Shown here piece by piece: positions 12,001 through 23,468 of a stretch of 64,000 nt of DNA. Numbering within the stretch: position 1 is the first letter of the stretch; each line of letters starts with the position of its first letter. The notes beneath the pieces were generated by a model, which saw only the letters and a list, made by a program, of their open reading frames with translations, had not been told where the DNA came from and ran no database searches. A program made the translations under genes and the position numbers. Source of the DNA: Octopus vulgaris (Eukaryota). Location: NCBI GenBank assembly GCA_951406725.2, contig OX597828.1, positions 49,042,001 to 49,106,000 on the forward strand, given 5' to 3'.

Positions 12001-14252
12001 TATCATAATCATGTACCCTTCACGTAAAATTCTTGGCAGCATAGAGGGACCCTAAAAATACTTACATCTCATTTCAAACTCTGTGGACAAAACTGCACAG
12101 TACCCTAAAAACGTAATACAAGTACCCTGTACATGTAATACAAGAACTCTACAGGAGTACCCTATAAATGTAACTGCCACCCATCACTTCCGAGTCTGGG
12201 TATTGAACTATTAATATAAAATGGCTGCAGAATTACAGAAACACATGTCAGATGTTACAAATACCATCCTACTTCACTTTTCAAAATGTAATCTTCCCTC
12301 TAATAAGAGAAAGGATTCTTAGCAGTTGCTTGACTTTCAAGAAACCACAGCTAAATCTCTCTCAAATCGCACCATATGATCTTAAAAAATGGAAGGATAC
12401 ACAAGATAATGTATTCCTATATAGCACTCTTAAGACAGGATGGTCCTGGCTTAAACACTTTTGATCATGGGTCAGCTTGAGTAAGACTGACCTGGGGCTA
12501 AACACCAACTTGCTCTTCCCCCGCTTTTCTTTTCCTAAATACGAACCTTAGGGTGAGACGAAGCTTCAGCTGAACATAGGCCAACGTCTGAGCTGGAACA
12601 GTCTCTTCTTCCTCTAGCAGTAACTGTTGAAGTGGGAGGAGTACATCCTTCACTTCTGTGAGCTATAAGAGATAGAAAACAATACATTAATACACATATG
12701 TAAGCTGACAAGGGAGACTCTACATGGTCACTTGACTTGCTAGAAATAGCAGCAAAATCTTTGCCAAATCACACACTACTCTCATCATCATTACCATACT
12801 ACCATTATCATTTCAATGAGAGTGTAATGAGTGCTTTTTACGTGCCACCAACACAGGAGCCAGTCAGGCGGGCCGGGCAACGATCACGTTCGGATGGTGC
12901 TTTTTACGTGCCACCAGTACAGGAGCCAGTCATGGGGTACTGGCATCAGTTACGATCGGTTGGTGCTTTTTACATGCCACTGGCATGGGTGGCAGTCAGG
13001 CGGGCCTGGCAACGATCATGTTTGGATAATGCTTTTTACATGCCCCCAGCACGGGAGCCAGTCTGGGAGGTACTGGCATTGGCCACAATATATATAAAAT
13101 GTATGATAGAGTTATACTTTAACTCCACTGCTGATAAATGTTCTTTTAATCCTCTTAAGTAAATTTCTTTGGATTTCTATGAATTAAACTTCAAAGATTT
13201 TGATTCTAAAAATAAAAATATTGTACAATATTGTCAACCAGGAATTGAAACCCAGTCCCAATGTCAGTTTAGCCTTTAAGCTGTACAGTGTCTGCCTCAA
13301 CAGGAAGACACAAAGGGTAAACAGCAGAGAAGGAGGTGAGTGGGGGGGGGCATAAAATAGCAAAGAATATATATGAATATAGAAATAAAAAGAATAAAAA
13401 GGTAGACTTACCTTGACTTTTAGATCATTGAGAAGTTCCAACAATTCTGGAGATTCTTTCTTCACAATCTGCATGAGGGGGTGGAAGAAAAAACGGTAAG
13501 GATAAAAGACAGAGGAAGAGAACGAAATAAATAAATACATAAATATCATCATCATCATAATAATAATCATCAAATGTGTTAATTCTCATATTAATCATTA
13601 TAATGATCAACATCATCATAACTATCACATTCACTATATATATATACACACACACATATATAAGTCGCCTAAAAGTCCATAAGTCAGGAAAAAGATGCAC
13701 TTGTATCTCTATCAATAGAGTGGGCATATTATCCGAAGTGTACATTATCTAGCCATCATGGCCAATCTTATCAATCAGTTTCACATTAAGGGTACTATGG
13801 AGTGCTAAGTAACAATCCAATTATATAACCCTACACTCATCAGAGATAGCCGATACAGAATGAAATATAGCATTGGCTACCTCTGGTGAGCATAGGGTTA
13901 TATAATCAGAGTGTTACCTAGCACTCCGTTGTACCCTTAGTGCAAAACCGATTGGTAACATCAGCCGTGATGGATATATAATACTGTACTCTTTGGATTA
14001 TATATATATATATATATATATATATTCAGTATAAGGTAGTCAGAATGTTGGATGATTATATCATCATCATATATATTTTTATTTACATTTTATTTACACT
14101 TTTACTGCTTTAAATCCGATAACGAACGGGAGCACTAAAAATGTAAATATAAATAAAATGTAAATAATAAAATATATATAAACATCCAGCATTCTGACTA
14201 CCTTATTATTCTCAATATACAATATTTGTGCATCACTTCAAAAACTCTCTCT

Positions 14253-14297
<45 letters not shown>

Positions 14298-14416
14298 ATC
14301 TTGGGATGTTTCTTTCTCCTAGGTTTCCAACGAAGAGCTCCGCTCAAAACGCCCAATAATACTTTATTTGTTCCACATCCTTTCGTTGTTGTTTTTTTGT
14401 TTTCTTGTTTGGATTA

Positions 14417-14461
<45 letters not shown>

Positions 14462-15834
14462 GCCAATATCAGTTGCACATATACAGTGTATGTGTTTTGT
14501 TGATACAGCAGTGAGATAGCATCCAGAGAAAGCTTCCTAAACAACACTAAATGTCACAGGCCAGGTTAGTAACGAAAGGGCTAAACAATAGTCTTCAAAA
14601 AAGGACACACTGGACAAACTGGTTGGTCATGACACCTGGGACCATTTTGATCACAGGTCTCATTGACCAAGGCTAACCAGCAGCCTAAGCACAACAACAA
14701 CAATACACATAAAACAATAAAGATCTCACCTCTAGCTTCTCTTTCTTGGAAAGTTTTGTCAAATCTTTGGTGATCTTCTCTGTTGTAGCTTCAGATTTTT
14801 CTGGAGGCTGGCAAAGGATGAAAATAAATTTAACTTTATTCCAAATGATAATGATGGACAGTAGGGACAGTCAAACTGATTCCCTGATCCCCAACACCTA
14901 CTTTTCCAGTATATGTTTGGGATGTATTTTATTAACTTCTGGAAGAATTAAAAATGTACAGACACAATAAGTTCACTTCCAAACTACATGGTTCTAGGGT
15001 CAATCTCATTCCATGACACCTTGGGCCCAAGACCAACCAAAGCCTTGAAAAAGTGGATTTAGTAAATGGAAATTAAAAGAAGCCCATCATATATAACATC
15101 TTACTAGTGCTGGTGCTACATAAAAAGGACCCCACTCCACTTTGTGAAGTGGTTGGCATTAGGAAGGGCATCCAGCTGTAGAAACCATGTACTAAACAAC
15201 ATGTCAAAAAACAAAAATAAAACTAGTGTCAAGATGTCTTTTAAAGAATGGTCAATAGCAGAACTTACAGCAAGCATGTCAAAGCCAAAATCAGCATCAT
15301 CCAAGTTTTGGGCCATCTTCTTTTGGAGTGACAGCGCTTCTTTCTCTTCAAGAATTGCAGCATCAATTTCACCATCAGAACCAGACAGAACTGTAAATGG
15401 AAAATATACACACATACATATAAGACTGCTACATTTTTTAATATTCTTTCATTCTTTTACTTGTTTCAGTCATTTGATTGTGGCCATGCTGGAGCACTGC
15501 CTTTAGTCAAGCAAATCGACTCCAGGACTTATTCTTTGTAAGCTTAGTACTTATTCTATTGGGTCGACGGTGATGTAAACACACCAGCATCGGTTGTCAG
15601 GCAATGTTGGGGGGACAAACAAAGACACACAAACATATACACACACATATACACAAATATATACATATATACAATGGGCTTCTTTCGGTTTCCATCTACC
15701 AGATCCGCTCACAAGGCTTTGGTCAGCCTAAGGCTATAGTAGAAGACACTTGCTCAAGGTGCCATGCAGTGGGACTGAACCCGGAACCATGTGGTTGGTA
15801 AGCAAGCTACTTACAACAGAGCCACTACTACACC

Positions 15835-15868
<34 letters not shown>

Positions 15869-18800
15869 TACATATACACAAACACACGTGTGGTTTTGCG
15901 ACTGCACTCATAATCACTAGATTGTGGGTTCAATTCCCTGATTGGGCAGCACGTTTACATTGCTCTAGTCCTAGTTCGATTGAGGAGTAGAGTTGACCTG
16001 CTTTGTCTAGCCAGCAGGGTGGCAATGCACTTTGCATCATTTGATGGCTAAAACAATGCAAAGTGCATTGTGACCAGCGATGTGTAACAGCATTTGATAG
16101 TCTGGTCGGTCACGTGAGCATGTGATATACATACTAATGATTCAACCTTAAAAAGGGGGAGGACAGATTCATTGAAAACAAAAAGCAGATAAAAGAGAGA
16201 AAGAGGGTGCACGTTGGGGAGATGTAACAGTGTTGAACCTAAAAGGGTGGAGAAGGGGTGGTGGCTTTTGAGGACAATACAGTTGAATACAACAAAAAAG
16301 GGTAGCAGTTTGGATCAATCCAAATGAATACTGCAGGGTGGACGAGGTGTGGAAGTTTTGGACAAGAGAGTTTCAATATAGGGGAACACTGCTGAATGTA
16401 ACAGGGTGGAAAAGAGGGTGGTAATACAGGTTGATACAACAGCATGGAAAAGGGGTGGTTGTTTAGGGCAATACAGCTGCAAATATAAGGGAGGACAAGA
16501 TGATGACAGTTGGGGTAAAAAAACAAAAGGAGAAAAAAAAACTATTAAATATCAACATTTTCTAAAAAATACTTACTATATTCTTCATCTCCAAGACCTC
16601 CATAGAAAACATACTTTTTATCTCCCCATTTCTTGTTATATTCTTCCTCTTTGAAAACAAAACAAAAATTTGGTTAGAATTGATAATTATAGAGACATCA
16701 GAAAAAATTATATAAATATCTTTGTAGACAACATGGTGTTACTTGGCTCATCAGAAGATGATCTTCAGTAAGCACCGAATGGCTTCTCAGCTAAATGCTG
16801 TGAGGTAGGAATGCGAATTGGTGCTGTGAAAATTACCATACAGATAAGTTAACATTCCTTTTTACTAACATTTCTTGTTCCTACTTTTATTTCACATTTC
16901 TGTTTTTATTTACTAAAGAAAAATTATTCAGACAACTTCTAGTTATATAATTTTAGCTTGTCATATCTTTATATAGGATGTAAATAGCAAAATAAGTTCA
17001 TATAATCTAGACCTGAAGATTGGCAATATAATCGTTTTAATATGGTATTGTATTTCGAATATATATATACATATATATATGTATATACACACACATATAT
17101 ATATACTTATTCAAAATGAAAATCCTCACACACACACCGACTTACTTTTCACTTTAAGTTTGTTGTATTTGGCATCTCGCAGGTTCTTTTCCTTCATAAA
17201 CTTCAGCTGCTGCTTACATTTTTGGTACAGATTACTCTCATCCTCCTCTTCAGAGTCAGATTCAATGCCCAGTACCATCTCCTGCAATGTCATCATCATC
17301 ATCATCGTCATCATTTAGATATCACAAACACTTAATCACCCAACCAATACCAAGATTAACTTAGAGCCAGATTCCATCATTGGCTGTAGAGCACCACAGG
17401 TATAAGTAAGGTTTGAACTTATGACCATGTGGTCTGATAAACCAGCATGTACCCTAAACCTCTCCACCAGTTTTACCTTTTATATATTGTTATTTTTTTA
17501 CTTTTTGCTTGTTTGCTTTTACAGAAGTTTACAAAAAAAAGAAAACATCTGTATTTGTGAATGTGAAGTCATATGTATGAGTCTGTATGTATGTGTGTGT
17601 ATATATATATATAAATGTGTATATGGAGCGAATACATGGAGTATGTCAAGTATTCAAGGAAAGGTAGCAATTATTAGAAACAGCCTTTTTCATGTTCCCT
17701 AAGGGACATGTCCACCTTTGATCCCTACCTGACACCCAAGAAGCTGTAACATGCACAAAGCCTCGCTTCAGTAAAACCAATTTGACACATGGACTAAACC
17801 AAGTGAAGTCAACCACCAGGTTTCAAATATTCGGTGAGTAGGGCACGTCTACTCTACTACAGGAAAACAAACTTTGGTAGATTCAACAGATAAAACAGCT
17901 GATCCAATAGTTTCAAAAAATGATTCCAACAGGGTTAACGGAATGCTAAGAGACCCACAAGACAATATTAAAGTCTAAGTCATTCAATGCCTCCATATCT
18001 ACCCAAAACTATTTTCACATCTTGACTCTGAATTAAGATTAGACTCGAACAAGAGAGTCAAGTCAATGTTGTGTGATACACCTGCATAAAAACCCCAACT
18101 CCCAAGCAAATCAAGACATCACATAATGTTATGGCTATCATCCAATGGATGGACAAACAAGTTGAATTATGTGCAAACATGATAGCAAGTCTATCAGAAA
18201 CCCTACTAAAAATGTAATGGAGCAAGCCTTCCCCCTCTAAGCCATATAGAAAAATTATACCAACCTCTTCATCAGAACTTGATGCCCCAGCCAGTTCCAC
18301 ATTGTCAAGAGAAATCTGGAAAATAAATCACAAAATATAATAAAATCACAACTATCATCAACATCATAAATTTCCCTTCATTTCATTTCATGTCAACTAT
18401 TTCAATATGTCCAAAATATTTGTTAACCTATCACCCATCACGCCAGCCTGGTAATGAAGTCTTGTAATTTTCATGAAGAATGTCCAAAGTACAACCATTG
18501 GCTATGATTGTGTTGTGGCCCAAATGTCCCCTTTCCTATCATCATCATCATCGTTTAGCGTCCGTTTTCCATGCTAGCATGGGTTGGACGGTTCTACTGG
18601 GGTCTGTGAAGCCAGAAGGCTTCATCAGGCCCAGTCAAATCTGGCAGTGTTTCTACGGCTGGATGCCCTTCCTAACGCCAATCAATAACAAATTATAACA
18701 ACACTAGTCGTAGTCAGTTCTGTTATCCTTGAACTGCTTGAAGAGAAAAGTTTCTATACCTGAAAGGAATAAAAACCATTTTTACCTCAAAAGTGCAGGT

Positions 18801-20551
18801 TCCTTAACAGCGGTTTGGAAATTCCTAAAGACATGAGAGACTATGCTCCTAAACATGATCAGTAGATCACAGCCCCTTAAAACTGAACCAACAATCTTAA
18901 ACACTGGTGGGTCTAAACCAACAATGAGCCAACATGGTTATTTGACTTGCTAGAAATAGAAGTGAAATCTCAATCCAATCACTCTATATAATCCTAAAAG
19001 AGCAAGAATGTGTTGGTTGTGTCATGTATTGCTCACAATTAAATAGATTAGATTATTACAGGATCTGGTAGGGCTCAGATCACTACAGGAACTGGTAGCA
19101 ACTCAGATGTGGCTTTCATTTAAACAGATTGGACTTTAAGAATTGGTTGCATCAACAATGCAATACACAAGACTATTCAGAACTTGATTGTGTTTTTATA
19201 TTCCAATAGAGTTGTGGTGAGCTAAAAATCAAATAAGTACCAACTATTCTTACTCTATGGAAACAACAAAAGCAGCTAATAAACAACATAATGAAGGATA
19301 CAATGGGGATGGTGGGGGGCAACATAAAGAAATAGTGCCTACTTTATCTTTGTTCGCATGAAAATCATCAATGTCATCATGGAAATATTCATGACTCTCT
19401 GGGTTTGGATCCTCGTTGTCAGAGTCCTTACTCTGACCTGGTTTTACAAACTTTTGGCGTTTTCTGAAATAAATTTTTAAAATAGGCAAATGTGGAGAAT
19501 GTAATTCGGAAGCGATGGGTAATGTATAAAAAACATCCTGGATTTTCTTGAAATACCGAAATGAAAATAAATAGTTTACTACAGAGATGGTACTACAGTG
19601 GTTACAAATATAGGAAGTCTATCATTTCTGCAGGAATATAAAAAGGAAATTTGACGATCCTTCGGTATTGGTATACAGAGTTTGGGTATGAGGTGGCGTC
19701 ATTCATCCTGTAATTCTGCCCAGCATTTTTAGCTGTCGTGAGGAAAAGTTAAGTGGGTGAACGATGTCGTGTACCAATACCGAAGGGTTGCAGGAAATTT
19801 TGAAGGGAGGTTTTAATTTCGATCACTTTGAAGAGGAAGTTTGCATCATAGAATCAATGATGGTCTCAGGTGGTTTGGAATCAAAAGGATGAAGACATAA
19901 TGGAGAGAGAGGAGGGGAGAGAGAGATTGTTTATATAGATAGATGGGAAAGTTGGTTATTATGTACATAAAAAAAAACACCTTCGGGGCAAAACGGAAGG
20001 AACCACTATAGAACGATGATTATTATGTCAGTTTAATTAGACTTAGCAATCAGATTCCCTCATTGGCTCATAAAGTATTAATACCAAAAAGAATGTAATT
20101 AACTCAGTTTAATTAGCTTTAGCAGTTACTTATGAAAATGATTTATTTGTAAATTGGGCGAATGTTGTACGTCGTTTCCATGTGGTCTCTTGTTTAGCAG
20201 CGGAGAGCCTTGTTTATATACATATTCGACATCTTTATACGCACGTTTGTGTATATGTATTTAGATCAGATGATGGTACTCACCTGCCTAGTCGTGTTTA
20301 TTACATATACACCTACATACATACATACAAGCACACAAAAGATATATTTTTTGAGATATTATATATCTTTGGCGTGCTTATATGTAGGGAAATAGTGAAA
20401 GAGGATCAAGAGAAACATATGATGCCTAAATAAACAATGAAAAGCAGTAACGATTATGGTTTTAGTGAAGGTTAAATTTTGATTACAAATATAATATTTA
20501 AACCCAATAATTTGGGGAGAAAACAAAATTCCAAAATCCTTACTTTTTCAT
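4837..20551 (-). CDS. UTP3: Something about silencing protein 10 / UTP3 (SSU processome component), complete 14-exon gene, about 441 aa
   Basis: The spliced exons listed below give an open 1326-nt frame. It contains the Sas10/Utp3/C1D domain (ESPELLELL...YCINVNFYLKLK...HPIVKRLLQYR) and the Sas10 C-terminal domain (KRAITYQMEKNKGL...NPRVKHRTKFKKAKIRRKGQVR...RYGGELFGIRSGVKHSIKLK*). Confidence 0.95.
6533..6640 (-). CDS. UTP3: UTP3 exon 13: MEKNKGLTRYSKKEKANPRVKHRTKFKKAKIRRKGQ
   Basis: AG/GT boundaries, 108 nt, Sas10 C-terminal motif. Confidence 0.93.
7814..7943 (-). CDS. UTP3: UTP3 exon 12: KVPKDEM...EGADKKRAITYQ
   Basis: AG/GTGAG boundaries, phase 2->0, KRAITYQ motif. Confidence 0.9.
9078..9228 (+). 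mobile_element. Penelope-like terminal repeat carrying a minimal hammerhead-like motif
   Basis: CTGAAGA-A-GGCTG(loop)CAGCC-GAAAC at 9114-9146, followed by AATGTAAAT repeats. Confidence 0.55.
9455..9594 (-). CDS. UTP3: UTP3 exon 11: LLKQMQPLDEQFHSEMEMLATCLKSGEEVQFVPIDETEIAPKQQQL
   Basis: ttttcAG/GTGAG boundaries, phase 0->2. Confidence 0.88.
11103..11324. mobile_element. piggyBac-type MITE (TTAA target site)
   Basis: TTAA|CCCTTTTGTTACC ... GGTATCAAAAGGG|TTAA terminal inverted repeats. Confidence 0.75.
11707..11803 (-). CDS. UTP3: UTP3 exon 10: YCINVNFYLKLKSDRFPVKNHPIVKRLLQYRN
   Basis: AG/GTAAGT boundaries, core Sas10/Utp3 motif. Confidence 0.93.
12547..12662 (-). CDS. UTP3: UTP3 exon 9: LTEVKDVLLPLQQLLLEEEETVPAQTLAYVQLKLRLTL
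   Basis: AG/GT boundaries, phase 0->2, joins exon 10 in frame. Confidence 0.9.
12830..13087. repeat. about 65-66-bp tandem repeat, 4 units (internal repeat of SINE family D)
   Basis: Unit GTGCTTTTTACGTGCCACCAGCAC..GAGCCAGTCAGGCGGG..TGGCAACGATCAC. The same unit occurs next to family D cores at about 25000, 48320, 51690 and 62340. Confidence 0.85.
13412..13468 (-). CDS. UTP3: UTP3 exon 8: IVKKESPELLELLNDLKVK
   Basis: cAG/GTAAGT boundaries, ESPEL motif. Confidence 0.92.
13728..14000. repeat. long imperfect inverted repeat (fold-back element), arms about 125 bp, loop about 17 nt
   Basis: TAAGGGTACTATGGAGTGCTAAGTAAC...TTATATAACCCTA is mirrored by TAGGGTTATATAA...GTTACCTAGCACTCCGTTGTACCCTTA. Confidence 0.9.
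14031..14206. repeat. second fold-back element
   Basis: ATAAGGTAGTCAGAATGTTGGATG ... CATCCAGCATTCTGACTACCTTAT, plus AT-rich inner arms. Confidence 0.85.
14730..14807 (-). CDS. UTP3: UTP3 exon 7: PPEKSEATTEKITKDLTKLSKKEKLE
   Basis: cAG/GTGAG boundaries, phase 0/0. Confidence 0.9.
15269..15390 (-). CDS. UTP3: UTP3 exon 6: LSGSDGEIDAAILEEKEALSLQKKMAQNLDDADFGFDMLA
   Basis: cAG/GTAAGT boundaries, phase 1->0, EExEA..LQ motif. Confidence 0.9.
15450..15835 (-). mobile_element. SINE family C
   Basis: Reverse complement of the 2696-3158 element. Confidence 0.85.
16577..16648 (-). CDS. UTP3: UTP3 exon 5: EEYNKKWGDKKYVFYGGLGDEEY
   Basis: aAG/GTAAGT boundaries, phase 1/1, conserved WGxxKxx(Y/F)Y motif. 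Confidence 0.85.
16721..16835 (+). mobile_element. degenerate LINE reverse-transcriptase fragment
   Basis: FVDNMVLLGSSEDDLQ*APNGFSAKCCEVGMRIGAVK resembles the FADD...GM(K/R)I region of LINE RT. Confidence 0.6.
17146..17281 (-). CDS. UTP3: UTP3 exon 4: EMVLGIESDSEEEDESNLYQKCKQQLKFMKEKNLRDAKYNKLKVK
   Basis: cAG/GTAAGT boundaries, phase 0->1. Confidence 0.87.
18265..18315 (-). CDS. UTP3: UTP3 exon 3: ISLDNVELAGASSSDEE
   Basis: ttttccAG/GT boundaries, phase 0/0. Confidence 0.82.
19343..19463 (-). CDS. UTP3: UTP3 exon 2: KRQKFVKPGQSKDSDNEDPNPESHEYFHDDIDDFHANKDK
   Basis: ttcAG/GT boundaries, D(D/E)IDDFH motif typical of the Sas10 N-terminus. Confidence 0.88.
20544..20551 (-). CDS. UTP3: UTP3 exon 1 coding part (ATG AAA AA)
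   Basis: aaaATGAAAAA|GTAAGG supplies the phase-2 junction that exon 2 needs. Confidence 0.75.
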
Positions 20552-20584
20552 TTTGTCAACACGTGTGTTTGATGTCTTGACAGA

Positions 20585-20593
20585 CACTTCCGC
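20585..20593 (-). promoter_or_regulatory. ETS/GABP-type motif GCGGAAGTG near the likely UTP3 transcription start
   Basis: About 35 nt upstream of the ATG. The motif is common at housekeeping promoters. Confidence 0.45.
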
Positions 20594-21890
20594 TATAGAA
20601 ATAAAAAATATTCTCTTTAGTTTCGTAAAAATATTTAGAGGTATTTTCGTATAGAATTCTCTAGTCACCCCAAAATTATTTCTTTGGATGAATAATTTTT
20701 TGTCATAAACCAGTTCAAAGGCTTTTATTCAAATTTTATTTCTTCTTGCCGTCTAATCTGTTAATTAATCACTGCTGTTCAGATTTTATATTAAGTAAAG
20801 ACAGTATCTCACTATCAATGTCATTTGACACTAAGCCGCATTTTCGTTCTCAATACAAAATAAGATTTCTATTTTTTTACCTAATATTTCCTATTGCAGA
20901 AAGGAATTAATGATAGGATATTATAATTCATAGCAGTTTTAAGCATTGTAGATTACGAACTTGCAACAAAGAGAAAATCATTTTTGAAGGTGGTGAAATT
21001 TCCTCCTCCTTTACCGTTTGACTTTTTTCTGACAATATTTCAGAATTATTTGGTTTGCAAGATTTCTGATGTGAATTCGTGTATCAAAACCAGTCTTGTG
21101 TTTTGGGAGGGTCATTTTTGTCAATTATTATTGACATAATGACCCTCCCAAGTCTCAAGGTTTCAGAATTATGTTTTGTATAATCATCGTCTCATATCTT
21201 TACAATATAAATCTAAATATTTATCAAAAGAAAGTCAAAAATTAAATTTTTTAAAAATACGGAAAGGAGCAAAAGAATCGCCACCCTAAATTTCTTTCTA
21301 CTTTTTTGCAGAATCGTAATTTACGATACTTAAAGCATGTACATACAGAAAAAAAATCACTTTTTAAGGCACTGCATAAAAGGATCTTTTTAAATCTTTT
21401 CCTGACACCAAAAATTCTTATCAATTTTTAATGTTATTTGTGTCATCAGCATTCAAAACTACATCAGTGTAGAAAATATAAAAACATTCTGGTGGTAGGA
21501 AAGATTTTAAAAAGTTCCACATAATTTCCGACTCTATACTACTGGAATGCTGGAATATTAAATTGACCACATTAGTTTTCATTGACACTGAACAGGTAAA
21601 AAGAAAAAAACTGATCTCAACAAGGCTTGATGTCAGAATGTCCGACGCTTTTGTGAATTCCCTTCCTAAAATTATAAGGATTGGTTTATTTCAATAAAAG
21701 GAAAAAAATTAGAATTTTCTTCTTACAGTTTTTAAGCTCTTAGTAACATTACTTTTGATAAATTCAAGTAAATTATTTAACTGTTGTTGGTTGAGAACAA
21801 GCACAGGCAATCTTTATTTTGAGAAGCAGGCCACATGAGACATGGCTCTTCATCAGGTGGACCACACTACAAGAAAAAAAATCAAGAGAC

Positions 21891-22160
21891 TTTTTCATTC
21901 GAAAGTCCCATGGGCCAAAGCTTCTATATTTGCTCAGAGTCAGCTCATCTTACCGATTCCCATCATGCCTCCAACATTTCGACAACCTAATCTTTGAGTG
22001 ACTCAAATGCTTGGTCAATGTCAGACTCTTTTCAATGTCCCACGATCAGGCTGCATTGCCCAAGCAATTTGGAAGTCTTGGTCTTCATAAGTGTTCGTCC
22101 CTCTCTCTCCCCTGCTTCCTTTCTTCCACTTACGCCTGCTCCACCCTGGTGAGCAACATC
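21891..22160 (+). mobile_element. CRE-like (RLE non-LTR) retrotransposon fragment
   Basis: PKLLYLLRVSSS..LQHFDNLIFE*LKCLVNVRL...QAALPKQFGSLGL..CSSLSLPCFLSS matches the post-RT PKLxYxLR...QAxLP...GGLG...AFLAS pattern. Confidence 0.6.
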
Positions 22161-23030
22161 CGCTCCTCTCCAACGTGTTTCTACAGCTGGATGCCCTTCC
22201 TAATGCCAACCACTCTGTTAGTGTAGTGGGTGCTTTTTACATGTCACCGGCACAGGTGCCAGAGGAGGTTGGCAATGGCCACGATCGGTTGGTGCTCTTT
22301 ACGCACCAGCGGCACAGGTATCACAACTACAATTTCCATTTGATTTTTTGATGTTGATGTACTTGACTCAATAGGTCTCCTCAAGTACAGCGGGTCGCCC
22401 AGCAATCCAAGGTAAGCACAGCAGGCCGTCCTGTGATCCAAGGCACTTTGGATGGGCTGGGGCTTCTATGTGAAGCTGGTGCAAGAAACAGTCATGTACT
22501 CATGTTATTTGTCAGGTCTTCGCAGTCGCAGCATATATGGAACTTAAAATAATAATTTCTAGTGCAAGCACAAAGCCAGTAATTTTGGGGGAGGGCTAAT
22601 TGATCATATTGACCCCACTGCTTGATGGGCACTTACTTTATCACCCTTGAAAGTATAAAAGGCAAAGTTGACCTTAGTAGAATTTGAACTCAGACTGCAA
22701 AGCCAGAAGAAATTTTGTCCTGTGTGCTAACAATGCTGCCAACTTACAGCCATCTAAATACAATTGATACGTCTAGAAAATGTGTGGAGAACCATTTGCT
22801 GTTGCCATCCACTTATCATTGTAAACAAGGGTTTTTGAACAAGGTTTTTAACCAAAACCAAATTCCATGCAAGCTTATTGGATCTAGTTTGTTTTATTCA
22901 CAAAATCTGCATTTTTAAAAAAAAATTTTTTTAAATCTGAAAATAGGTTATATTGATGCAATTTTCCATGCTTCTTCCTTTGAAGCCATGAACTTGTGGA
23001 GAAAATATTCGACAAAAAAGTTAGACAGTT

Positions 23031-23468
23031 AGGCACAGGAGTGGCTGTGTGGTAAGTAGCTTGCTTACCAACCACATGGTTCCGGGTTCATTCCCACTGC
23101 GTGGCACCTTGGGCAAGTGTCTTCTACTATAGCCTCGGGCCGACCAAAGCCTTGTGAGTGGATTTGGTAGACGGAAACTGGAAGAAGCCAGTCGTATATA
23201 TGTGTATATATATATATGTGTATATATATATATGTATGTGTGTGTTTGTGTGTCTGTGTTTGTCCCCCTAGCATTGCTTGACAACCGATGCTGGTGTGTA
23301 TACGTCCCCGTAACTTAGCGGTTCAGCAAAAGAGACTGATAGAATAAGTACTAGGCTTACAAAGAATAAGTCCTGGGGTCGATTTACTCGACTAGAAGGC
23401 GGTGCTCCAGCATGGCCGCAGTCAAATAACTGAAACAAGTAAAAGAGAGAAAAGAGAAAAGAGAGAGT
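23031..23468 (+). mobile_element. SINE family C, full length
   Basis: Near-consensus copy with AAAAGAG tail. Confidence 0.88.

Noticed and set aside
18700-18790. Strong minus-strand acceptor (TTTTATTCCTTTCAG) in UTP3 intron 2 as a poison exon
   Set aside because: No matching donor before it runs into a SINE, so it is unsupported without RNA data.
4927-20543. Intronic snoRNAs expected in a ribosome-biogenesis gene
   Set aside because: I found no convincing C/D box pair with terminal stem or H/ACA layout by eye. The TGATGA hits are SINE tails.
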